DNA of 32,472 bases from Ascoidea asiatica JCM 7603 (Eukaryota; Fungi; Ascomycota): NCBI GenBank assembly GCA_001600695.1, contig BCKQ01000002.1, positions 1,364,055-1,396,526 on the forward strand, given 5' to 3'. The position numbers were made by a program, and so were the translations under genes. The notes beneath the pieces were generated by a model. It saw only the letters and a list, made by a program, of their open reading frames with translations. It was not told the DNA's origin and did no database searches. Each line of letters starts with the position of its first letter. The stretch's first letter is position 1. Below are positions 21,856 to 32,472 of this stretch, piece after piece.

Positions 21856-23367
21856 TTATACACTTAATAATTGAAGCATTCCTTCAATTCTTTTAGCTTC
21901 TTTTCCTTTTTCAATTTCTTGATCTATTTTTTTTGTTATTGAAATGAGAAATTCTTCAAATAATGGATTGGTTTCCAATAACTCATTATAGATATCAATT
22001 ATTTGACTTAAATATTCAGCCAATACATCCACATTTCTATCATCGTCAATATTTTTTTGAGCCCATGATAATAAAGGTTCAAGGGTAGTTAAATCTCTAT
22101 TTGCTAAAGCAATATGTATTTTACCTCTTTTACGAATTTCTTCTAATATTGTCACAGTTATTTCTTTAGGTTGAGTACTTTCAAAAGCTGAATCTAAAGC
22201 TTCTGACCATTTAAAGCCATTGATTAATTTTTCATATTGTTTTTGTTTTTTAAAATTTTTTGTTTTGTCTGAATATATTCTATGTTCAAGAGATCCATCA
22301 TATTCTGCACCTCTCATCATTCTTGCAAACGATTTAGGTTTTGTTGAACTATTAGTTAAGGAATCTATATTATCTTTTGATAGATTTTTTGCAGTTTTTT
22401 TTGTTTTAATAGATAGTAAACCAGAAGTTAAACCTGCTGTAAAATGTTTAAAATCAGGAGAAACTCCACAACTCAAAACACCAGAACCAAATTTCCAACC
22501 AAATTTAACTTCCCATTTTAAAGAACTTGTATCAAATATTTTAACATGGCCATCTAGAGAACCAGCAAGTAAACCTTTCTCACCAGCATTTGATAAACAT
22601 GTTACAGTTTTTTGAAAATTAGACATTTTTCTTATTAATTTTCCAGCAGCTAAATCCCAAACTTTTATAGTGGGACCACCAGCGGAAGTCAAATTTGTTG
22701 GATTTAAAGATAAAATACTTTCTATTGGATTATCATGTTTAAAAAAAGAAGCAGGAGTATCACCATTCATTCTGGTATCAAAAATTCTTGCAATTCCATC
22801 ATAACAACCTGTTACTATCAAATTTGAAGATGAAGGTATAAAAGTAGCAGATCTTATATAATCAGTATGACCAGTGAAAGAAATCAATGGTTTTGCAGTT
22901 GAAGAAATATCATATAATCTAGCTATTTTATCATCTGAAGCAGTAACTATATTAGTTAAATTAGTTGGATGAAATTTAGTTACATGAGTAGGATATGAAG
23001 AAGGATTTATCGAAACTAAAAGGGATCTTGGATTATATGAATCATAGATTTGAACTAAACCAGAAGCATCTCCTGCAATTAATAATTTTCCATCAAATCT
23101 AAATTCACCAGAATATACAGTATCTTTAAATCTTGAGAAATTTTTAATAACTTGTCTAGTTTTGGAGGAAAAAATTTGAATTCTTGTGGATGAAGTAACT
23201 GCAAAATCAAATGGAGAATTTGGATTGAAAGATATATTATTTATTGCATTATGTTCTTTAATTAATTGGGTATTTCCAAAAGATCTCCAGTACTTTTGTT
23301 CTGAAGTTACCTTAGCCGGAAGCACAGGATTTCTTATTACATTTATTCTATCAACAGAGGAAGACAT
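21856..23367 (-). CDS. UTP15: U3 snoRNP/UtpA WD40 protein Utp15, 503 aa
   Basis: TSEQKYWRSF, FDFAVTSSTRIQIFSSKTRQVIKNFSRFKDTVYSGEFRFDGKLL, WD repeats (HTDYIRS, NFQKTVTCL, SLDGHVKIFD), C-terminal FKWSEALD and AKRIEGMLQLL. Confidence 0.96.
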   Translation of the reverse strand: MSSSVDRINVIRNPVLPAKVTSEQKYWRSFGNTQLIKEHNAINNISFNPNSPFDFAVTSSTRIQIFSSKTRQVIKNFSRFKDTVYSGEFRFDGKLLIAGDASGLVQIYDSYNPRSLLVSINPSSYPTHVTKFHPTNLTNIVTASDDKIARLYDISSTAKPLISFTGHTDYIRSATFIPSSSNLIVTGCYDGIARIFDTRMNGDTPASFFKHDNPIESILSLNPTNLTSAGGPTIKVWDLAAGKLIRKMSNFQKTVTCLSNAGEKGLLAGSLDGHVKIFDTSSLKWEVKFGWKFGSGVLSCGVSPDFKHFTAGLTSGLLSIKTKKTAKNLSKDNIDSLTNSSTKPKSFARMMRGAEYDGSLEHRIYSDKTKNFKKQKQYEKLINGFKWSEALDSAFESTQPKEITVTILEEIRKRGKIHIALANRDLTTLEPLLSWAQKNIDDDRNVDVLAEYLSQIIDIYNELLETNPLFEEFLISITKKIDQEIEKGKEAKRIEGMLQLLSV

Positions 23368-23510
23368 TTTTATTCTTTAATTCCCATTCAACAGTTTATT
23401 TCCTGCTTTTATTAATTCTTTTTTGAATATGTTTTTGGTTATTGAATCTTATTTGATTCTTCTGCAGTCACTTTTTTGAAATTGAAGAGTTTCACTTTTC
23501 CTTTAAGTTA

Positions 23511-23713
23511 AAAAAATATTTTTCTTATGATTTAAATTTATAAATTTGAAAAATTCAGACCAGGGTTGTGGTTTTACCAGTTTTACCGGAACTCATTTTT
23601 TGATATTATAAAAACAGGTGACTCCGGCACCTCGGATTTAAATTATTTTTGCTGGGATTGAGTTCACCAGTGAATAAATTCAGTGTCTGGTCTTGTGTTG
23701 TGAAAGAGATGAG
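23511..23713. promoter_or_regulatory. RRPE-like and PAC-like motifs in the divergent UTP15/MED13 promoter
   Basis: TGAAAAATT 23547-23555 and GAGATGAG 23706-23713; expected for a ribosome-biogenesis gene, but PAC is distant and oriented away from UTP15. Confidence 0.4.
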
Positions 23714-23934
23714 TAAAGTGTGAAATTCTGTGAACCTTCCATCTTTGAACAGGAATCTGAGTCTGATCAGACTAAGATTTGATAAATTATCAATTTCAAA
23801 TTTAATTTCAAATTTGTTTTTAAAGTAAAGTGGAAACAATAGAATTCAGTTTTGAATATAAATTTCAGTTCAAATTTTCCCAGAATAGTCGATTATAATG
23901 AATCTCAGCTAACCTCCAGTTAGAAAATTCATCC

Positions 23935-26900
23935 ATGATAGCTGATAATAACAAAGATCCATTTTCGGGTTTATCTATACCTTCAGCAGATACAAATTAT
24001 TATAAACTTCTTCACTTAAATAAAGTGAAGTGCTCAATTTTTGGTTTCAAATCTCATCAAGGAAAAGTAAAACTTAATCCTCAAAATGTCTTAATGAATT
24101 CAGATAATTCAATAGTGGAGGCGGAACTTTCCTTAAGACGTGAATTTCCTAAAGTGTTAGCCATAATTTTCAGTAGACAATTATGGACATTCAGTTTAAA
24201 TGTAAATGATCCACCTTCTCCTAATTCCAAATTCAATTTGGATTTACTTTCCAGTGATACTTTTGAACCAATTAACTTTTTCAAAAATAATTTAAAGCAA
24301 TTTAGATCAAATCAAGATAGAAGTAATCAAAGTACTAATGCAAATAATCCTCTTCTTCCTATCTTTCATTTAAATTTATTGAGAGCAATAAAAAGATTAA
24401 TTCAGAATTATTTAGCTTCAAAAGATCTGATTATTCCTTTTGGAAATTCTTCAATATTTAATAATAATATACCTTTAGATAAAGTAACTCAATTTTCAAC
24501 TACCACAATATTAGGTCCAAATGAGTTTATTTATATGGAACCATTAATTACTGGAAGTGGAGACTTATTAGTTTCAATTTCTACAAAATCAACAAATTTG
24601 ATTCATCTTCCCTTTATTTTATATACTGAATCTATTGATTCTAAAACTCCACTTAAAGACTTAGATAATAAAACTTGTGCAGTTTATCTTAGCCCTTCTG
24701 GTATTAGAGCAAGTTTTGCTGAAGGATCTTTGTTAAATTCTTTAACCAATGAAAATTCCTCAGCTTCATCTCTTTTAATAACACTAAATATTTTAATGGG
24801 CATTCGTTTGAAAAATATCAAACAGGGGAATAATACTAATCCAAATAAACACGAAAATTCCTCAAATGATACTCTTTTCGAAAAAGTTAGAAATTACTCG
24901 TGGATAAAACTTGTTCCAAATTTAAATCATTTAAATGGAGTTACACCCAGTATTTCAAATTATCTTCAACCTCTTAGTAACAATAAGTATATTCTCTGGC
25001 CTGTAGAATTATGCTTTATTCAATTTGGAAATCTCTTTGAAAATAATATGGAATCTCCAAACTTTTGCTCAGATGATTCGAATAAACCAATAGATGATTT
25101 TGTAACCCTTGATTTTTTGGTGAATACTTTCAAACTTACCAATAAATCTTTTTTGAACAATCAAAATGCAAATTCTAATCAATCATATATTCATGTTTCT
25201 CATAACAGTGCCACAAACAATCAACAGATATCTTCTTTGATGACGAATCGATCAGTTTCTGCTCCTAACTCCAATTTTAATACTCCTGGTGGTACTGCCG
25301 CTATAAATATTCCCTCAAATTCTTCTGGACCAAATAATCAGGCTGGAACTCCAGCCAGTATTGGGAAATCACCTTTATCTGTATCAGAGGTTCCCTTAAC
25401 TAATAAGCCACAAAAGAAAACTACTGTAGAAGGATGGAATGAAATTGATGAAGAACTTTTTAGAGTTGATAATGAAATAACTGATGCTGATTTCAACTTT
25501 TTTGATGATAATAATCTAGATTCGGGAGAAGTGAGCTCAAATCCTGGTATTATGACTTCAGAATATTCTAAGAACAATCCTTCGCCTACTTCAAGTGCCT
25601 TGAAAAATTCCAATGATGAATTAATTAAAATTGATCTTTCCAAGAGCTCCAATGAAAAATTTGGCGAAAATGATAATGGAAAAAATGAATCTAATTCAAA
25701 TGACAATAATTCTAAACCTGAATCCCTAAATGAAAGTAACAAATATAGAAAGGATTTGAATAAAACAGATAGCAATTTTTCAATGATTGATATACCAAAA
25801 AATGAGATGACTATTTCATCACCTTTAACACCTGATTATCAAGATCCTGGAGCCCCATTACCTGTTTTTTCTCCATATGTTTCATCTACTTCAACTTTGA
25901 TTATGAAGTCAAAGAATATCAATGAATCAACTCTCGCCAAAGAATTAAGATTATCAAGCACTGAGCAGAAAAAAGAGTCTGTAATTCCTCTTTTAAAACA
26001 GATAAATACGAATAAGGCAACCCAATTTAATTCAGGATATTCAAGAAGCCCATTACAAGGATCACCGAAAGTTGTTTCAAAAAAGATAACAAAGCCGTTG
26101 AAAAGTACATACTCTCCTTTGAAGTTCAATCCATTAATTTCAAAAAAAATAGATAATAAATATGACGAGGGCGGAAAGTTTTATATCAGAAAAACGTCTC
26201 TATCTGAAAATCCAGGTCCAAAAAGTAATACTTCAGGTAAAGGAATTCTTCCAATTCTCAGATCACCGAGTATTAATAAATCTACTTTACTTACGAAAAA
26301 TTTAAGTGAATCAAGTTTATCATCTAACTTTACAAAAAGTAAAACTTTCAGCAACCCTTTTTCCTTATACCCTTCCGAAGCAGTTATTGGCGAATCCGAA
26401 AAGGGATTGGAAACTCAAAGTAGTTTAAAAGACCATACAGTAGATTCTTCTTATCAAGATGAAGATTTGACATCGGATTCTGATTCAGAATTTTCTTCAC
26501 AAGATCAAGATCAAGATGAATTTGAGGAATCAGATAAAAATGGTGGTGCTGATAATATCTTTCTAATCAATTCAAACAACAGCTTGATGAATTTGAATTC
26601 CAAGACAACTGCTAGTGGGTTCTCTTTAAATCCTCTAAACATTGGTTTAACGCAAAACTTGGAAAAGGATATAATAAAAATTAATGATCTGGATTACCTC
26701 AAAGGTTCTAGTGATTTTCCTTCATTCAATAATTTTCCAGAAGTAGACTCTACTGAGATGAAAAATATCGATCAAATAGATTCCAAAGGGCCAGATTCCA
26801 GCTTGATCAAGGATCATGAATATTCTATATCAGCAATAGAAAAAGATAAACCTGATATACCTCTTAATGAGGAACAAAATAAGAGAGAAAATCAAAATTG

Positions 26901-29760
26901 GATTATATTTGTCACAAAGTCTGTTCCAACTTACACAGTTCCAGAGATCTTTTTTTCAAATTGTCCAAGTGTTTCTCAGAAAGATTTAAAATTCATTTTA
27001 CCTATTTTTAGTCGGTTAATTGCTTTTGATAACAATTTAATTATATCTGAACGGTTTAAACGTAAAAATATGCTTTTCCCAAACTATACAATAGGAGAAA
27101 ATATTTTTACTGAAAATATTAATCCAAATATTAGCAATTTTAGGTCAAATTTATGGTACAACACTCATTTTTATAAAGAAAACTTTAAAAGCTTTGAAGA
27201 ATTCAAAAGTATGGTTAGTTCGATGTCGTCCATGGTGAAAATCCAAGGTCTAGATGATGATGACGCAGATTCATATCCTTTTTCTTTAAAAGAATCAATA
27301 GCTGCAAGCTTCCAATCTGTGGAAAATGAATTGGAAAATTTTTATGAGGATTCGGAGGATGAAAAAAGTAATAAAAGTTGGAAGCAAGAACATGAGCAAA
27401 ATGATTTATCGGGATTTCTGAACAATTTCTATTCTTTAAACCCTGAGGGTCATTACCAAACCTCAGTTATGTCTTTTGAAAACAATTTGAAAGCTTTGTT
27501 TGCTAATATGAAGAGAGTTCAACTTTCTGAGCTAGTTGGCTTACCCCCCTTAAAATCCGATGGAGCTGTTGATGCAAGTAATCCAAATGTATCTCAAATA
27601 CCAATTCCTTCATTTAGAACGTATACTAAAGAGCAGGGAGGAAAAACATCAGATATTGAGAAAAACTCGCAGGCAAATTCCTTGAGGGTTATTCATAAAA
27701 ACAATGGAAATAGTTCTTTAATTGATCTCCCTGACTTTATCTTTAAGATCTCAGAACCAACTTATTTGGTAAGAAGATTAAATCAAACAATGAGAATAAA
27801 TGTAAATGCTCTAAATTTCTGGAAAATGCTAGATCTCGATCCTTTAAATGGATTGAAGAACTTTAAAATATTGTTTTTAGTGAATTATCATAACTCTACA
27901 GCTAAAAATAATGCTTTTGAAATGTCGCGAAGATTTTTGAATTTAATTATTGAAAACTATGAGCATTGTGGGCTTGGAAATATAGAGAAAATAAAATGTA
28001 CGGACTTGATTCTAAATCTTCAAAAGGTCAATGAGCAGCAAAATAAAAATTATCAAAAAACTTCCAATAATAAAAAGTCAAAGAAGCCAGATAATACTAA
28101 ATCTGATAAAAGTTCAATTTTTTCAGTTGCTAAACCAACTGATAAGGATAAAATATTTAAGGAGAAACAGAACAAAATGAGGGGATTGGGATTTCTTGAA
28201 GATGGTATCTTAAATGTAGGTTATCTTGGAAATGCATATCAGGAATATTACAAAAAAATTGGGAAGCAATTATTTATTCTTGTGAAGGCATTAAAGCTTG
28301 CCGAACTTCAAAAATTCAAACGATTTCAAAGTAAATTTAAAAAGTCTGATTCGGATCTGGAAAAGGAAGAGAACGATAATCACAAAGAGCCAATACTAGA
28401 TAATAGACCAATTTTATTACTAGTTAGTAACCAATTTGATGACTTGAATTCAGTGCTAGAAATATCAAAAATATTTCATCAGTTTCAGGAACTTTTAAAA
28501 ATTCCAGACAAAGATTTTCAGATTCTAAACTCTATAAAAAGGATACAAAACCAGGAAATAAATCTCAACAATTTTATTAATGATTCCTTTTTGAAAATAA
28601 TCCCAGCTGATTATTACCTTGAAACGCTTTCATCCCCTTCCATCAAAAGCTTGACAAAATTTTCTTTGAATCTTTATAATAGCTGCCCAAACAGCGTGAA
28701 AAATTTTACTGTTCTATCCAAATCATTACCTAATAAAATTAACTTTCAATTCAGTTCATCACCAAGTGCTAGCATGCTATTAGCTGAGAGTTTGTACATT
28801 CATCTTGCATACCAAAGATCAGTAGATAAAAATTGGTGTGTTGCTGCGTGGTCAGATCAATGGGGAAAATTGAAAAAATTAAAGTCATGGTACTGCCCTC
28901 ACATTTCAAACAACAAAGAGCGTAGTGCAAAAAGAAAGTCATTTGAGGATATAAGCAGTGAGATATGGGCAATCAGTTTGAAGATGATTTCTAGTCACTA
29001 TGGGCAATCTTATTTAATTTTGACTAGACTTAATAGTATGATCCCCGATGATGAGTTATCCCAATGGAAAAGGCTCTCCCAAACTACTAAAAGAATTCCT
29101 CTTGTTGTATTGTCAGTTAATTCGAATTCTAAACTAATTTTAAACTCATCCAGTGTGTCTTATCCATTCAATAAAATATTCCAAGATTTAAAAATAATAA
29201 ACAGAGAAAATCTGAAAAATGATAGTATTCCCTCCTCAACACCTAGTATCCTTTTAACGCCTCAAAATGCTGACAGTCCTGATTTATATGGTTCAACAAT
29301 TGCAACGCCGACAAATGCATCTCCAGATATTTTGTTGAATCCATCCCAGATAGATAAGCGAAATGCAGCACACTCTAACTCTTCAAATAATTATAGTATT
29401 GTTGATATCTGTGATGAGATAGTTGGCGTAATTTTGAAAAACTCTATCCCTCTTACCAATGCTCCTGGAAGATTATCCGTTAAAACAGGGTTTTTGGTTA
29501 AACCCTTGAAGAATTCAAACAATAATAAATTAATGGTTTTCGAAGTGAATTTGCTAAGCTGTCCTCAAAATTTTGACTCGAAGCTTTTATTGAAGACCTT
29601 ACTTCTACAACTTTGCAATTTATCTTCTTTATCCTATACAATTGGCGTAGATATTAATTCTCATAGATCGATAGTCCCTTGGCATGTTATGGCAGTAGAA
29701 AAAATTATTAATTGCCTAGTTCATGTTAATGTTGAGCAGCAGGTGCCTTCAGTTAGTTAA
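23935..29760 (+). CDS. SSN2: Mediator kinase-module subunit Med13 (Ssn2/Srb9), 1941 aa
   Basis: Size and motifs: IPFGN, VYLSPSGIRA, ILWPVELCF, EITDADFNFFD, YQDPGAPLP, KYDEGGKFY, ALNFWKMLDLDP..GLKNF, IHLAYQRSVDKNWCVAAWSDQWG, PDDELSQWKRLS, PWHVMAVEK. Confidence 0.93.
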   Translation: MIADNNKDPFSGLSIPSADTNYYKLLHLNKVKCSIFGFKSHQGKVKLNPQNVLMNSDNSIVEAELSLRREFPKVLAIIFSRQLWTFSLNVNDPPSPNSKFNLDLLSSDTFEPINFFKNNLKQFRSNQDRSNQSTNANNPLLPIFHLNLLRAIKRLIQNYLASKDLIIPFGNSSIFNNNIPLDKVTQFSTTTILGPNEFIYMEPLITGSGDLLVSISTKSTNLIHLPFILYTESIDSKTPLKDLDNKTCAVYLSPSGIRASFAEGSLLNSLTNENSSASSLLITLNILMGIRLKNIKQGNNTNPNKHENSSNDTLFEKVRNYSWIKLVPNLNHLNGVTPSISNYLQPLSNNKYILWPVELCFIQFGNLFENNMESPNFCSDDSNKPIDDFVTLDFLVNTFKLTNKSFLNNQNANSNQSYIHVSHNSATNNQQISSLMTNRSVSAPNSNFNTPGGTAAINIPSNSSGPNNQAGTPASIGKSPLSVSEVPLTNKPQKKTTVEGWNEIDEELFRVDNEITDADFNFFDDNNLDSGEVSSNPGIMTSEYSKNNPSPTSSALKNSNDELIKIDLSKSSNEKFGENDNGKNESNSNDNNSKPESLNESNKYRKDLNKTDSNFSMIDIPKNEMTISSPLTPDYQDPGAPLPVFSPYVSSTSTLIMKSKNINESTLAKELRLSSTEQKKESVIPLLKQINTNKATQFNSGYSRSPLQGSPKVVSKKITKPLKSTYSPLKFNPLISKKIDNKYDEGGKFYIRKTSLSENPGPKSNTSGKGILPILRSPSINKSTLLTKNLSESSLSSNFTKSKTFSNPFSLYPSEAVIGESEKGLETQSSLKDHTVDSSYQDEDLTSDSDSEFSSQDQDQDEFEESDKNGGADNIFLINSNNSLMNLNSKTTASGFSLNPLNIGLTQNLEKDIIKINDLDYLKGSSDFPSFNNFPEVDSTEMKNIDQIDSKGPDSSLIKDHEYSISAIEKDKPDIPLNEEQNKRENQNWIIFVTKSVPTYTVPEIFFSNCPSVSQKDLKFILPIFSRLIAFDNNLIISERFKRKNMLFPNYTIGENIFTENINPNISNFRSNLWYNTHFYKENFKSFEEFKSMVSSMSSMVKIQGLDDDDADSYPFSLKESIAASFQSVENELENFYEDSEDEKSNKSWKQEHEQNDLSGFLNNFYSLNPEGHYQTSVMSFENNLKALFANMKRVQLSELVGLPPLKSDGAVDASNPNVSQIPIPSFRTYTKEQGGKTSDIEKNSQANSLRVIHKNNGNSSLIDLPDFIFKISEPTYLVRRLNQTMRINVNALNFWKMLDLDPLNGLKNFKILFLVNYHNSTAKNNAFEMSRRFLNLIIENYEHCGLGNIEKIKCTDLILNLQKVNEQQNKNYQKTSNNKKSKKPDNTKSDKSSIFSVAKPTDKDKIFKEKQNKMRGLGFLEDGILNVGYLGNAYQEYYKKIGKQLFILVKALKLAELQKFKRFQSKFKKSDSDLEKEENDNHKEPILDNRPILLLVSNQFDDLNSVLEISKIFHQFQELLKIPDKDFQILNSIKRIQNQEINLNNFINDSFLKIIPADYYLETLSSPSIKSLTKFSLNLYNSCPNSVKNFTVLSKSLPNKINFQFSSSPSASMLLAESLYIHLAYQRSVDKNWCVAAWSDQWGKLKKLKSWYCPHISNNKERSAKRKSFEDISSEIWAISLKMISSHYGQSYLILTRLNSMIPDDELSQWKRLSQTTKRIPLVVLSVNSNSKLILNSSSVSYPFNKIFQDLKIINRENLKNDSIPSSTPSILLTPQNADSPDLYGSTIATPTNASPDILLNPSQIDKRNAAHSNSSNNYSIVDICDEIVGVILKNSIPLTNAPGRLSVKTGFLVKPLKNSNNNKLMVFEVNLLSCPQNFDSKLLLKTLLLQLCNLSSLSYTIGVDINSHRSIVPWHVMAVEKIINCLVHVNVEQQVPSVS

Positions 29761-29941
29761 TATACATTTTAATAAAAGAGATTATAATTCATCTATATAT
29801 GTGTATATTCGGTTGATTTAAAAAGAACTGTGCTGATTCAATAAAAATGGATATTTTGCAGAGTTGCTTCATGTGGAAATCTGTTCTTTATTATCTAACT
29901 TTGAAGAAAAAGAAGTTTTTTTTGACAAAAAGCCATTGTTA

Positions 29942-32472
<2,531 letters not shown>

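Overview
Eukaryotic, very AT-rich, apparently intron-less budding-yeast (Saccharomycotina) chromosomal DNA; species cannot be fixed from sequence alone. Eleven protein genes: BAS1 (Myb transcription factor, -), an orphan 894-aa Asn/Ser/Lys-rich protein (+), CIC1 (+), phosphoglucomutase (+), MTG1 (-), KTI12 (+), ATP25 (-), SLD2 (+), UTP15 (-), MED13/SSN2 (+) and an orphan acidic protein (-) whose 5' end runs into an (ATT)n tract at the window edge. PGM-MTG1-KTI12-ATP25-SLD2-UTP15 matches an ancestral gene neighbourhood. No tRNA, rRNA, transposon or CRISPR array was recognised, and I did not find a clearly new multi-gene system. The most notable unexplained structure: (i) sharp compositional domains whose borders fall inside genes, (ii) a ~2.5-kb region upstream of BAS1 with a 1.24-kb AUG-free proximal part and distal short uORFs, (iii) GC-rich motif-dense promoter islands, (iv) a cluster of palindromes between UTP15 and MED13, (v) long in-frame poly(A) tracts in coding sequences, and (vi) a block of 20 in-frame TAA codons bounded by compensating indels in the last gene. 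Gene identities are from remembered family motifs, not from database searches.
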